Shown here: in pieces, positions 27,225 to 41,631 of the stretch
Numbering within the stretch: position 1 is the stretch's first letter
Layout: every line of letters starts with the position of its first letter
From: the human T2T-CHM13v2.0 reference genome, Homo sapiens
Length of the DNA stretch: 64,000 bases
Assembly: GCF_009914755.1 (NCBI RefSeq)
Contig: NC_060937.1
Direction: 5' to 3' (one strand)
Notes under the pieces: model-generated
Database searches by the model: none
Seen by the model: only the letters and a program-made list of their open reading frames with translations
What the model was told of the DNA's origin: nothing
Made by a program: the position numbers and the translations under genes

Positions 27225-29945
27225 TTTTATTTATTTTTTTTAATTTTTATTTTAGATTTGGGGGCACTTGTGCAGATTGTTACCTGAGTGTGTTGTGTGA
27301 TGTTGAAGTATGGGGTACGAATGATCTCATCACCCAGGTACTCACCATGGTACCTGTATTAGTCCGTTTTCATGCTGCTGATAAAGACATACCCGATCTG
27401 GGAAGAAAAATAGGTTTAATTGGACTTACAGTTCCACATGGTTGGGAGGCCTCAGAATCATGGCCGGAGGCAAAATTCACTTCTTACTTGGCAGCCACAA
27501 GAGAAAATGAGGAGGATGCAAAAGCGGAAACCCCTGATAAAACCATCAGATCTCATGAGGCTTACTCACTACCATGAAAACAGTATGGGGGAAACCGCCC
27601 CCATGGCTCAAATTATCTCCCACTCTGTCCCTCCCATAACACATGGGAGTTATGGGAGTACAATTCAAGATGCGATTTGGGTGTGGCACAGAGCCAAACC
27701 ATATCGGTACCCAATAGTTAGTATTTCAACCCCTGCATCCCTCCCTCATTGCCCACTCTAGTAGTGTCCACTCTATTTTTGCCATTTTTATGTCTATGAA
27801 CTATCAAAAATTTCTTTTAGCCATGTTTTTTAGTTCTATAATTGTGTTTGCTAAGTTTTCTTCTAGAAAACTTATTAGTGAGAATGTGCAGAGTATTTGG
27901 TTCCCTGTTCCTGCATTAATTCACTTTGGATAATGGCCTCCAGCTGCATCCATGTTGCTACAAAAGACATGATTTTATTCTTTTTTTATGGCTGTGTGGT
28001 ATTCCATGGTGTATATGTACCATGTTCTATTTTTCCATTCCCCACTGATGGGCACCTAGGTTGATTACATGTCTTTGGCATCATGAATAGTACTGCAATA
28101 AACATACAAGCACTATGTCTTTTTGGTAAAACAATTTGTTTCCTTTTTGGTGTATACCCAGTAATGGGATTGCTGGGTTGAATGGTAGTGCTGTTTTAAG
28201 TTCTCTAGGAAATCTCCAAACTGTTTTCCACAGTAGCTGAACTAATTGACATTCCCACCAACAGTGTATAAGTGTTCCCCTTTTCTCTGTAGACTCTCCA
28301 GCATCTGTTGTTTTCTCACCCTTTAGTAATAGCCATTCTAACTGGCATGAGATGGTATCTCGTGGTTTTGATTTGCATTTCTTTGATTAGTGATGTTGAA
28401 AATTTTTAAATGTGTTTGTTAGCCACTTGTATGTCTTCTTTGGAGAAGTTTCTGTTCATGTCTTTAGCCCATTTTTTAATGGGGTTACTTATTTCTTGCT
28501 TATTCAATTGTTTAAGTTCCTTTATAGGTTCTGGATGTTAGATATTTTTCCAATGCATAGATTGCAAATATTTTCTCCCATTCCACACATTGTCTGTTCA
28601 CTCTGTTGATAGTTTCTTTTGCTGCACAGAAGCTGTTTAGTTTAATTAGGTCTGACTTGTCAATTTTTGTTTTATTGCAATTGCTATTGAGAAATAAGTC
28701 ATAAATTCTTTCCCAAGGCCAACGTCCAGAATGGTGTTTCCTAAGTTTTCTTCTAGAATTCTTATTTTGAGGTCTTATATTTAAATCTTTAATTCATCTT
28801 GAATTGAATTTTGTATATGATAAAAGGTACTGGTCCAGATTATTCTTCTGCATAAGGCTAACCAGTTATTCCAGCACCTTTTATTGAATAGGGAATCTTT
28901 TCCCCATTGCTTTTTTTTGTCAACTTTGTTGATGATCAGGTGACTGCAGGTGTGCAGTTTTATTTCTGGGTTCTATATTATGTTGCATTGGTCTATGCTC
29001 TGTTTATGTATCAGTACAATGCTGTTGTGCTTACTGTAGCCTATAGTATAGTTTGGAGACAGGTAACGTGATACCTCCAGCTTTGTTCTTTTTGCTTAGG
29101 ATTGCGCTGGCTATTCAGGTTCTTTTTTGGCTCCATATTAATTTTAAAATAGTTTTTTCTAATTATGTGAAGAATGTCATTGGTAGTTTGATAGGAATAG
29201 TATTGAATTTGTAGGTTGCTTAGGTGTTGTGGCTATTTTAAAGATATTGATTTTTCCAATCCATGAGCATGGAATGATTTTCCATTTGTTTAAGTTATCC
29301 ATGATTTCTTTTAGCCATGTTTTGTAGTTCTTCTTGTAGAGATCTTTTACCTCCTTGGTTAGTTGTATTTCTAGGTATTTTATTTTTGTGGCTATTGTAA
29401 ATGGGATTGAATTCTAGATCTGGCTCTCAGCTTGAACACTAATGGCATATGGAAATGCTACTGATTTTTGTACATTGATTTTGTATCCTGAAACTGCACT
29501 GAAGTCATTTATCAGTTCCAGGAGTCTTTTGGCAGAACCATTATGGTTTTCTAGGTATATAATCATATTGTCCACAAAGAGAGATGGTTTCACTTTTTAT
29601 TTGTTTATTTGGATGCCTTTTATTTCTTTGTCTTACCTGATTGCTCTAGCACTTCCAGTATTGTGTTGAATAGGAGTGATGAGAGTGGCATCTTTGTCTT
29701 GTTCCAGTTCTCAAGGAGAATGTTTACAGTTTTTGTCCATTTGGTATCATGTTAGTTTTTCACCATTCACTATCATGTTGGCCATCGATGATGCTTATTA
29801 TTTAGAGGTATGAGCCTTGGATGCCTAGTTTGTTGAGAATTTTTATCTAAGCCTTTTTCTGCATCAATTAAGATGATCATATGGTTTTTATTTTTAATTC
29901 TATTTATGTGGTGAATCACATTTGTTGATTTGCATATGTTGAAAT
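27225..29945 (-). mobile_element. L1PA15/16-like 3' end plus ORF2 (antisense, 5'-truncated)
   Basis: T-rich tail at 27225, gatctcatcacccaggtact..gtacccaatagttag, continuing into antisense ORF2 (ORF 29773-30030 contains [25 protein letters not shown]). Confidence 0.93.
27355..27706 (-). mobile_element. THE1B-like solo LTR nested in L1
   Basis: tgtattagtccgttttcatgctgctgataaagacatacc...gccaaaccatatcg; perfect TSD GTACC (27350-27354 / 27707-27711). Confidence 0.93.
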
Positions 29946-30517
29946 TTTCCCCATTTTTTTCTAAACATGTTTTATCCCAAGTATTCACAATGGCAAATGT
30001 TAAACTTCTCTCATAAGCATATATTTGCATTATAAGAATTTCTCTGTCATAAATACTCCATATTAAACCTTTGTAGGTATTTAGAGCAAGGTTTTTTCAT
30101 TACTTCTTTTGTTAACTAGCTCACATGGTAAACAATTTGACTAAAAAAGGAATAACTTAAATAATTTAAATATGTCATCCTTGGTAAGTAGGAAAGAGGC
30201 ACAAACAGTGCATAATGACTTTTAGCCAGTGTGCTTAAATTTTAATTACATCCCTATCGCTTGTTAGCTCTTCACATTTAGGCAAGTTTTAAAATATCTC
30301 TCCTACATAGTTTTATCTTCATAAAATAAGATTGTACTGTGCGAAAGACAAGCTAATACATGTAAAAATCTTTGAAAACAAACCCTTACACAAAATAAGT
30401 GTGATAAATACTATCTATTATTATTATAACTTGGGAAATAAATGTCTTTCTTAGAACACTCATGGGAAGCCACAAAATGTGAGAATTACTCTTGTTGTCA
30501 TTTAGTTTAGCTATTCC

Positions 30518-30645
30518 GGCCAGGTGCAGTGGCTCACGTCTGTAATCCCAGCACTTTGGCAGGCTGAGGCAGGGGGATCGCTTGAGCCCAGGAGTCCAAG
30601 GTTTGATACTAGCCTGGGCAACATGGTGAGACCCCATATCTATAT
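30518..30645 (+). mobile_element. FLAM_C / AluJ left monomer
   Basis: ggccaggtgcagtggctcacg...gatcgcttgagcccaggagt...gtgagacccca. Confidence 0.9.
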
Positions 30646-31095
30646 AATATAGTTCAGCTTGTTCACTTCAAATATATATAATTAATATACAGTTCCTATG
30701 TATCTTTTTACAACTTGACCAGATTCATGCTTTAACACCTCTGGAATAAAGCCAGAGATAATAACCAATTTTCAGATGAAAATATGGGAGCCATGAAAGG
30801 GTTAAGAAGTTCCTAGACTTTCCTCAATTTTCAACCCATGACAGGCTTCTCAAGAACACCCTCTTTATGTGTTCCAAGACTGCTAAACTCTAGGCTGCCA
30901 TCACTGTTAGTTAACAGTAAAGGTCACTACAGATTTAGGCTTCTATTCTCTACCATTGGAAAAGAAAAAAGCTATTTCCTAGGGATATTAGATTTTCACT
31001 TTTCACTCATTATTATATGGATGATTGATAGCATTGTGTTCCTTGGACAGTGCAAAGATAGAGACACCACTTTAACTGAAATATGCTTTAGGTAT

Positions 31096-31499
31096 TGTTA
31101 TGGACTGAATTGCATCCTTGCCATCATTTATATGTTGAAACTCTAACCCCAAGTACCTCCAAATGTGACTGTGTTTAGACATAAAGCCTTTAAAGAGGTC
31201 ATTATGATTAAATTAGGTCAAAAGGGTGGGGCCCTAATCCAAGATGACTAGTGTCCTTTTAAGAAAAAGAGACTCCAGAGAAGTACACATAAAAAAAAAA
31301 AAAAAAGAAAAGATTGTGTGAGGACACAGTGAGAAGGGGGCTATCTGTAAGCTAGGCAGAGACATGTCAGGGGAAACCGAACCCAACAGCAGCTTGATCT
31401 TGAACTCTCAGTCTCCAAAACAGTGATAAAATATATATCTGTTGTTTAAGCTGTCCAGACTGTGATATTTCATCATGGCAGTCCTATCCAACTAATACA
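31096..31499 (+). mobile_element. MLT1B-like MaLR solo LTR
   Basis: tgttatggactgaattg...actaataca; perfect TSD GGTAT (31091-31095 / 31500-31504). Confidence 0.9.
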
Positions 31500-32629
31500 G
31501 GTATTAGAAATAGATGGGAAAGAACCCTAGGATTTGGATGAATTGTTATTGTCCAGTAATTATTGTGTTATTGTTATAATTCCCCAAACAATCATATCTG
31601 GATAGAAAGAGGTATGTAGAATCCCTTCAGAAATATTGGTGTCTTTTATATTCTATGCAGTGTTATGACAACTCATGGAGGAAGAAAACCTAATGAATTT
31701 TGCTTTAATAATTCTTCTCATCCTGAGTCTCTAGGAAAATGCACAGGTAAAGATACCATCATCTTCTAACACTCAGCTCCACATCTGGGGGCTGTAGGCA
31801 AATGAGAGTCAAGGACTCTTTCCTCTGCCTTCAGTCTTCTCTATAAGGGTCATAAAACTTAGAGCTAGATTAAAGGCTACATATTCCTACCTAGACAACT
31901 CAAGACAATAGTATGCTAATACCATGAAAAGAATGGAATGCCAGCTACTCTATTCAGATTTAAAGAGCCTAGGAGGCCAAAGTAGCACTTAGTACTTCTG
32001 CCACTTACAAATCCCCCAGCAATTGTAGGTTTACCTCATAGTTTCCATGTATTAGTAGCTATCTCTCCACAAATCTTGAGGCCCAATACTGTCAGGTCTG
32101 TTAGTGGCCAATGTGTCCACTGCTCTTATTAAACCTGAAGAATGAAAGCCTTTTCAACTCCATAAAGATGGGTCTCCTTCTCTTTTGCCTTTGAACATGC
32201 CATTTTGTCTGTCTTCTGTTAAGTCCTGTTTGGAGGGTCCTGGGGCTTCTGGGTAGCACTTGTGTGGGGGTAGGATTAATAGCAGTCATGCAGGTTGGAC
32301 ATATAATCAGCAGAGCATTGCTGACTCTAATATTCATTTTTTTCCTTACCTACTCCAGCATATCTGCGTCTCCTCAAAATCTGACAAGTCATCATCTAGT
32401 ATGATGTACACTGCATTAGGTATACCAAACGTGACAACCGTTCTCATTTAAGAAAGAATCATGGAGAATATCCATCCTATTTCCTTTAGTGTGGGTGTTA
32501 AATCCGTGACATCTCTTTAAAGCTGCCTTTGCATCACTTGCAGTGGAACGGACCTCCAGAGCTTCCCTACACCTGCTTCCTGTCCTTCCTGGGCATAAAG
32601 AAGACTGAGATTTCCAGGCAGGCTTCAAT

Positions 32630-32790
32630 TCTCAAAACAACATTAGGATGAGCTATTATTTTTACCTCCATTTACAAATGAGAAAACTGAGGTATTTTGA
32701 AAAAGAAAAGACTTGCTTCAGGTCACCAGCCCGTTGGTAGAGTCAATATTCTAACACAAGAAGCAAGCTTTCCAAACTTGCATTCTTAAG
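32630..32790 (-). mobile_element. MIR
   Basis: Core tattatttttacctccatttacaaatgagaaaactgagg...gacttgcttcaggtcac. Confidence 0.8.
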
Positions 32791-33419
32791 CACCAATCTT
32801 TTGCTTATTGTTCTTGTGCAAATATTAATCTTACAACTTGAGACTAGAAAGAAATGTATTTCGAAAGCTTATGGTATGATTTTAACCACATTAAAGTTAG
32901 GTAGGTAAAAATGCTCTAAGGGAATTACAAGGGGTGGGCAGGAAGTAAAATACATAAAAAGAACCTGTCCTAACATAGAAAGGGTAACTTAGCTTTCATC
33001 GAAGGAAATAATATTGGAAACCTCAACTTCTTACTAGATAGGCCTCAATTGCCATTAGCCCTGTTTAACACTCAAGTAAGAAACTAATTAGACATCTAAT
33101 TCAAAGAGCAGTAAATAACTTTTAGAATACACCTGAACAAAGTAGCCATTTAATTGGCGATCATCTTCAACTAACCTCCAATTATTTCTTTAAGCTTAAG
33201 TACCTTATAAAATGCACCAAAGAAGGGAGCTCATGGTCAGTTAAGCTACAGGCTATTAGAGATCATCTATGCCTGGCATGGTTCTTCTAAAATTATAGTA
33301 TCACAGCCTGTCAGATTTTACCTTTGGCTTCCTGGATTTATGAACAGATCTTTTTCTGCACAGCTTCTATTTTCAGTTCAGGCTCCATGCTTATTGAATC
33401 AGGAAGAACTTTTTAAGAT

Positions 33420-34095
33420 ATTTATGTCTACCTAATCTGACATCTGACGCTTCTAGGAGTTCTTATTTGCTTCAAAGCCTCCTAACTGTTCTCTCTAATT
33501 CTATTCTTGGACCTCTCTACCCATTCTCCAAATTGTGGCCAGGATGATTCAAAAAAATAATAAATACATATATAAATAAATAAACTGGATCATGCCATTT
33601 CCCACTTAAGTCTCTGGAATGGCTTTTCTTTACATTTAACATTAAATTCCAACTCTTTATCATGGCCTCAAAATTTCTGCTTTATCTGGTTGCTGGCCAC
33701 CTCACAGGCTCTCCTACCTCACAGAGCTACAACCCATTAGATTTCTTTCGTCTCAAATATATCAATCTTTCAAACTCATTCCTGCCTTAGGATCTTTGTA
33801 CTTGATAGTTCCTCTGGGCCACTCTTCCTATAGCTGCCTCCTTCACTTCAGTCAGGTTTCCACTGAAGCACCATCACATCGGAGAAGCCTAAATTAATTC
33901 TCCTCCCTCTCCCCTGATATTCTTATCTCTTTGCCCCTTTCCCTTAATTTTTTCATATAACTTAAAAACTAACTGAAATTATGTTGCCACCATTTTCTTC
34001 TCGATTCAAATTCTCAATTAAAATGTCAAGTTTATGAGAGCAGGAATCGAGTAAGGCTTGTTCACCTCTGTATCCACAGCAACTAGAACTAGAAC
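33420..34095 (+). mobile_element. L2 3' region
   Basis: ggatcatgccattt..ccacttaag...cctgccttaggatctttgtacttg...tttatgagagcagga...ttgttcacctctgtatcc. Confidence 0.8.
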
Positions 34096-34237
34096 TGCAT
34101 CTGGAAGAGGCAGTTTGTCCCTGAAGCAATGAGACAGAAGCTTCGGGATCCTAAACTTACATTCTTTCCTTCAATCACTCTGCACTTAATTTTTTCAATT
34201 AAACTTTTAATTTTGAAATAATTATAGATGCACATAC

Positions 34238-34723
34238 TAATACGTTTTTGCTGTGTGCCCACCCAAATCTCATCTTGAATTATAGTTCCCATAATACTTA
34301 CTTGTTGTGGGAGGGACCTGGTGGGAGGTAATTTAACTATGGGCATGGTTACCCTCATGCTGTTCTCATGACAGTGAGTGACTTCTCATGAAATGTGGTG
34401 GTTTTATAAGGGGCTTTTCCCCTTTTGCTCAGCACATCTCCTTGCTGACATCGTATGGAGGAGGACATGTTTGCTTCTCCTTCTGCAGTGATTGTAAGTT
34501 TCCTGGGGCCTTTCAAAACATGATGAACTGTGAGTCAATTAAACCTCTTTTCTTTATAAATTACCCAGCCTCAGATATGTCTTTATTAGTGTGTGAGAAT
34601 GGACTACTACAGTATATTGGTACTGGCTAGTGGGGCATTCCTTTAAAGATACCTGAAAATGTGGAAGTGACTTTGGAACTCAGTGACAAATAGGTTGGAA
34701 CACTTTGGAGGGCTCAGAAGAAA
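34238..34723 (+). mobile_element. THE1C-like LTR plus start of internal region (truncated)
   Basis: LTR cccacccaaatctcatcttgaattatagttcccataat...ggactactaca (to about 34611), then aagatacctgaaaatgtggaagtgactttggaact...ttggagggctcagaagaa (THE1-int 5' end). Confidence 0.88.
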
Positions 34724-35384
34724 GCCACCATGGCTGACATTCAATACTGCTTTTTGAGAAAGTAAGATGTTAGTATGATAAATAACTCAGTAAAAAATTG
34801 GCTGAATTAAACTATCAAGCCCGAATTTATTGGATAAATGGTGGCTGAAAGAATAGGTAACCAGGTTTTAAAAGAGAAGTTAAACTTGAAGTTCCTTCCC
34901 CACACTCAAAAGGCTTCTGAAGACTGTAAGAGCTGAAAGGGCAGGTGACCTGGTATTTTCCTACACAGGAGACAGTAGCAATGGAAAAGACATTGAATAT
35001 ATTCATACTGTGCATATGGAGTAGAATCTGGGTCAAATAAAAGTCTAGAAAGTCGACCCTGGTGCACAGATTTTTCCAAACACAAAAAGAAACTCTTCAG
35101 ATGCTGGATTACAGACCTCGTCATGTAAATCTACACTGGTCATTTCTCCTGCTAAAGAGCCAAACAAGCAAAGATATTCAATAACACAGCACTCTATAAT
35201 GTGAAGATTTAAGGATCATTTCTTTCGCTTGGCTTTATACAAATATTAGACAAATTAGGCCTTTTCTCTTTCAAGAATGAAGAAAAAAGTGAGAGGGAAA
35301 GAAAAACTCAAAATGAAAACAGTGGAACAATTTTGCCATGAAAATAAAGAGAATTTAGTAATAAGGAGAAGAGAATTCCGTTCA

Positions 35385-35760
35385 TTAATTCAATAAATAT
35401 TTATTGAGCACCTAGAGTACACCAGACAACCATTCTAGGTTCTTAGGATATGTCAATTAGTCCTACACATATGGAGATTACATTGGCAGGGGCAGGGATG
35501 GGCTGGGTGAGAAGACAGAAAATAAGCAACAGGTATAATCCATAAATCAATATATACAATAAGTAGGGAGGCATGGTCAGATTCAGGATATGTTTTCAAA
35601 GTAGAGACAACAGATTTCATAATGAATTGGATACAAACTGTGAAAGCAAAATTGGAGACAAAGATGGCTCAAAGATTTTTGGCCTGAGTGTTTTTTTTTT
35701 TTTTTTTTTGGAATAGATTCAGTTTAAAGGGGAATATAATGAGCTCATTTTTGGACATGC
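35385..35760 (-). mobile_element. L2 3' end
   Basis: ttcattaattcaataaatatttattgagcacct...ccagacaaccattctagg. Confidence 0.8.
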
Positions 35761-36224
35761 ACAAATTTCATATTACCCCAGAACAGACAAGCAATTTTGT
35801 AAGCTTTCTGTAGTGTTTTCTATCTCTCAACTGGCTTAGACAAGTTTTGTCTTAGACCATGTGAAGTTCTCCCATATGCTATCCATAGTACTGATTTGAC
35901 ACACTTGTTTGGAGAAATAATCAATAAAATTGATTTTAAGCACTGTATAAGTGGAAAAAAAGCTTCCATAAAAATTACAACCTGTGTGTATGCTGCTGGT
36001 AGTTTTATAGCACAAAAGAAAAAAAATCAGTTTTAAGTTATGCAGCTATTCAGCAGGTTAAGAAAAAATGGATGAAAGAAATTTCCTTTCATGTCATAAA
36101 CTGTTTGCCTGTAATATTTACTTAATATGTGAGTTTTTTTTTAATTTAGAGGTTTCCAAACCTTAAATTTAACAAAGGAATAAACTGAAATTTTTTAAGC
36201 TCTGGATTTTGATGAGAATAATCG

Positions 36225-36641
36225 TGGCATTGGTTATCAGAAATACCTGAGGCTGGGTAATTTATAAAGAAAAGAGGTTTAATTGGCTCACAGTTCTGTA
36301 GGCTTTGTAAAAAGCATGTGCAGACATCTGCTCGGTTTCTAAGTAGGCCTCAGGAAGCTTACAATCGTGGCAGAAGGCAAAGGGAGAGAGTAGGAACATC
36401 ACATTTTGAAAGCAGGAGTGAAAGAGAGATGGGGGGAGCAGGGTGGGTGCAGCACACTTTTAAATGACCAGATCTCGTTAGAGCTCACTCACTATTGCAA
36501 GAATGCTACCAAGTGGATGGTACGAAACCATTCATGAGAACTATGCCACATGGTCTAATCAATACTAGGCCCCCATTTCCAACATTGGGGATTACATTTG
36601 AACCTGAGATTTGGGTGGGAACAACCATCCAAACGATATCA
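36225..36641 (-). mobile_element. MSTA-like MaLR LTR
   Basis: gaaatacctgaggctgggtaatttataaagaaaagaggtttaattggctcacagttctg...catccaaacgatatca. Confidence 0.9.
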
Positions 36642-37430
36642 GCATCTAATATGAGAGCATATAAAATATGCTCCTTGCCTTAAACACTTTTCCATTTTGT
36701 CAAGTAATTAAGATATACATTCTGAAATATTAGAGAATAAAAATATGACAGGATGATTTCTGGTTGGTGTACTACAGGTAAAAAGATTGGAAGTCATTTC
36801 TGTTCTCATAACAAGAAAAAAAGTGGAACAAACTGAAAATCAACAATACTGCTTAGATCCATTAGACATTTGGGAACATACAGCAAACTACCACACCAAA
36901 AATTGTAAGAAAGACAGACATCAAGGTTCACAGATTACCAGGAGTAGAAGCAGGGGAGCAGAAACTCATCTCTGGAGCCCGTACTGGAAAGGGCATATAC
37001 ACTGTGATTGACCAACTGCTGGAGGCTTTCTGTGAAACCAGCTGGAGGCTTAAAACCTCTGGGAGCCTAGTCTTAGAATGGATTCTTACATTTTTACAAG
37101 TTTTCCTCCCAGTAGCTCCACCATTTTCTAGAGATGAAATTTGGAAATAATTACCTTTGAACCTTCAAAAGGGGGAGGAGATGACTGACCCCTTTCAAAT
37201 ACGGCCAGAGCAGTCTATTTCCCTTAACAAAAAAGGGACCTCCAACAAAACTATTTTCCCAGAGCCTAACCAACTTAGTTTTTGCCAGAGCCTAATCTAG
37301 CTTGTGTAAGAGTAATATCCAATTCTGGGCCCCTCTAGCCTTCGATGTGGAGAAAGGGCATTATGAAATGATAAAGGGGTTATTTCTCTGAAAACTAAAT
37401 GAAACAAAACAAAAAACCCACAGTCTTTAA

Positions 37431-37760
<330 letters not shown>

Positions 37761-37921
37761 TAAATTGTATCTTTCCTAACAATAAAGTGTTAAAATACAT
37801 GAGGCAAAAACTAATAGAACTGCAAGGAGAAATAAGAAATCCACCAATATATTTGGAGACTTCAAGACCCTTCTGTCAGATCGAATTGAAAGATCCTTAG
37901 GCACAAAATCATTAAGCATAT

Positions 37922-37965
37922 ACACACATGCACACACACACACACACACATAAACACACACACAT
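37922..37965. repeat. (CA)n microsatellite, interrupted
   Basis: acacacatgcacacacacacacacacacacataaacacacacaca. Confidence 0.9.
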
Positions 37966-39811
37966 ACAGATATACATATGTTGGAAGTCTATGTTCATAT
38001 CAGAAAAAGCCTAAAATATGTTATCTTAATTAAATGTTAAAAATCCATAAAGAATACGATTAAACTGAACAGTATCATCAATCAACTGTATCTAATTAGC
38101 ATTTACAAAATACAGCAGAATACACATTCTTCTCACGCTCACATAGAACATTCACAAAGCTATGCCACATTCTGTACTATAAAACATACCTTCACTAATG
38201 TAAAACAACAGAAATCACACAATTTCATTCTTAGGCCACAATGAAATTAAACTAGAAATTAATTATAGAAATATAGTTGAAAATAAAAAAAAAATTGGAA
38301 TGAACAACACAATTCTAAATAACACATAAGCCAAGAAGGAAAGTTTATGAGAAATTTGAAAATATTTTGACCTACATGAAAATGGAAATACAACTTACCG
38401 ATATTTGTGGGATTCAATGAAAGTAAGGTTTAGAGGAAAATTTATAGCACTGAATGTATATTTTTGAAAAGAAAAAAAGACCTAAAATCAATAATCTAAG
38501 CTTTTACCTCGGGAAACTAGAAAAAAATAGAACACAAAATCCCAGGTAAGCAGAAGAAAATAAACATTAAAACTTATAGCAGAAACCAATGAAATTGAAA
38601 ACAGAAAATCAATAGGAAAAAATCAATGAAATCAAAAGCTGCTTCCGTAAGCAGATAAGCAAAACTGACAAAACTCTATCCAGGCTAACCAAGGGAAAAA
38701 AGAGAGAAGATACACATATTAATAATATCAAAAATGAAACAAGGACAATCACTACTGAATCCAAGATGGTTATAAGGATAAAAAGGAATATTATGAGCTA
38801 CTCTATGCCAGCCGATTTGTAAATTTAGATAAAATAGACCAATTCCTTGAAAGACACAACTACCACAATTCACAGAAGGAGAAATAAATAATCTGAATAT
38901 ACATGTATGTATATTAAAGACATTGAATTAATGATTAATAACTTTTCAGTGCAGAAAGCACAGGCCCAGATGGGTTCACTGTAGAATTCTACCAAACATT
39001 TAAGGAAGAAATGATATCAATTTTCTACAATCTCGTCCAGAAAATAAAAGAGAGAATGCTTCCTAACCCCTCTACTAGGCCAGCATTATCTATTATCAAA
39101 ACCGGACATAAACATTACAAGAAGGGAAAACTACAGATTTAACATTTCTTATGAACATATCTGCAAAAATACTCAACAAAATATTAGCGAATCCAATTCA
39201 ACAATGGATAAAAATTATATACTATAACCAAGTGAGAATTATTCAAGATATGAAAAAATTGTACAACATTTGAAAATCAATAAATGACATCTGTCACATC
39301 AACAGACCAAAAAAGAAAAATGTCATATGATCATTTCAACAGATGCAGCAAAAGCATTTGGCAAAATCTGTTATCTCTTTATGATTTTTAAAAACCTAGA
39401 AAATTAGGAATAAAGGGGAACTTCCTCAACTTGATAAACAACTACTACAGAAATCCTACAAATAACATCTTATTCAATGTACAATAAACTAGGAGCTTTT
39501 CCCCTAAGATCAGAGACAAGGCAAGTGTGCCTCCATTCCCATTCCTATTCAAAATTCTTCTGGAAGTCCTACTAGTGCAAGAAGATAAGAAAAAGAAATA
39601 AAAGGTATACAAATAGGGAAGAAAAAAATAAAATTCTCTTTGATTGCAGGTGATATAATTGTTGAAAACCCCAAGGAAATCAACAAAAAGAATTTCTGGA
39701 ACTAATAAGCAATTACGGCAAGGTTGCTGAATACAATGTTAATATATAAATGTCAATAGTTTTCTTATATACCACCAATAGCGATTGTAATTTGAAAATG
39801 TAGAAAAGGTT

Positions 39812-40139
39812 GGCCGGGTGCGGTGGCTCATGACTGTAATCCCAGCACTTTGGGAGGTCGAGGTGGGTGGATTGCCTGAGGTCAGGGGTTCGAGACCAGC
39901 CTGGCCAACATGGCAAAACCCTGTCTCCACAAAAAATACAAAAATTAGCCAAGTATGGTGGTGGGCACCTGTAATTCCAGCTACTTGGGAGGCTGAGGTG
40001 GGGAGAATTGCTTGAACCTGGCAGGTGGAGGTTGCAGTGAGCCGAGATAGGGCCACTGCACTCCAGCATCGGAAACACAGCAAGACTCCCTCTCAAAAAA
40101 ATAAATAAATAAATAAATAAAATAAATATAATAAATAAA
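39812..40139 (+). mobile_element. AluS with (AAAT)n tail
   Basis: ggccgggtgcggtggctcatg...gcaagactccctctcaaaaaaataaataaat. Confidence 0.96.
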
Positions 40140-40582
40140 CACCATTTACGTTAGCACCAAAAAATGAATTACTTAGATTTTAATCTAGCATGATATGCAC
40201 AAAATCTATATGAGGAAAATAAAACTGATGAATGAAATGAAAGCATGTCCAAATAAGTGCATAAGTGTTTCATGTTTTTGAATAGGAAGACTTTATGTTG
40301 TTAGGATGCCAGTTCTTTCCAAATTATCTATAGATTCAATGCAATCCAAATCAAAATCCCTGAAAGTAATTTTGTGAAAATCAACAAAGTGATTATAAAG
40401 TTTATATGGAAAGGCAAAAGACCCAGAATAGCTAACAAAACATTAAGGAAGAAAAAAGTTACTCAACTACCTGAATTCAAGACTTACTATAAAGCAGCAG
40501 TAATGAAGACAGTGTGGTACTTGCAAAAGAACAGGCAAATAGACCAATAGAACAAAATAGAAAGTCTAGAAATAGGCACATA

Positions 40583-41631
40583 TATTGGAGAACCTGCCCT
40601 GATAGTCACGTAGGTTCTTTTCCATTTTCCCTAAGCGTCAGCCGGTTTGAGAAATAAAGGGACAGAGTAAAAAAGAGAGAAATTTTAAAGCTGGGCATCC
40701 GGGGGAGACATCACATGTCGGTAGGTTCCGTGATGCCCCACAAGCCGCAAAACCAGCAAGTTTTTATTAGGGACTTTCAAAAGGGGAGGGAGTGTACAAA
40801 TATGTGTGGGTCACAGAGGTCACATACTTCACAAGGTAATAGAATATCACAAGGCAAATGGAGGCAGGGTGAGATCACAGGACCACAGGACCAGGGAGAA
40901 ACCAAAATTGCTAAGGAAGTTTCAGGCACCATTGTCATTGATAACATCTTATCAGGAGACAGGGTTTTGAGAGCAACCAGTCTAACCAAAATTTATTAGG
41001 CGGGAATTTCCTCTTCCTAATAAGCCTGAGAGTGATATGGGAGACTGGGATCTATTTCACCCCTACAGTTTCAACCACAGAAGACGGCCACGCCCGGGGG
41101 GGCCAGTTCAGAGACCCACCCCCAGGTGCATATTCTCTTTCCCAGGGATGTTCCTTGCTGAGAAAAAGAGTTCAGTGATATTTCTCCCATTTGCTTTTGA
41201 AAGAAGAGAAATATGGCTCTGTTCTGCCCAGCTCACTGGCGGTCAGAGTTTAAGGTTATCTCTCTTGTTTCCTAAACATTGCTGTTATCCTGTTCTTTTT
41301 TCAAGGTGCCCAGATTTCATATTGTTTAAACACACATGCTCTACAATTTGTGCAGTTAACGCAATTATCACAGGGCTTACAAGATGACAGGATTAAGAGA
41401 TTAAAGTAAAGACAGGCCTAGGAAATCACAAGGGTATTGATTGGGGAAGTGATAAGTGTCCATGAAATCTTCACAATTTATGTTTAGAGATTGCAGTAAA
41501 GACAGGCATAGGAAATTATGAAAGTATTAATTTGGCGAACTAATGAGTGTCCATGAAATCTTCACAATCCGTGTTCTTCTGCCATGGCTTCAGCCGGTCC
41601 CTCCGTTTGGGGTCCCTGACTTCATGCAACA
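40583..41631 (-). mobile_element. MER11 (B/C) solo LTR, HERV-K11/HML-8
   Basis: Ends gccatggcttcagccggtccctccgtttggggtccctgacttcatgcaaca; perfect 6-bp TSD CACATA (40577-40582 / 41632-41637), the length expected for beta-like ERVs. Confidence 0.95.

Noticed and set aside
27290-27761. 95-aa and 113-aa ORFs
   Set aside because: Read through a THE1 LTR and antisense L1 3' UTR.
41407-41568. ~89-bp-period internal duplication (gtaaagacaggc...tccatgaaatcttcacaat)
   Set aside because: As I recall, this is a standard feature of MER11 LTRs, not locus-specific.
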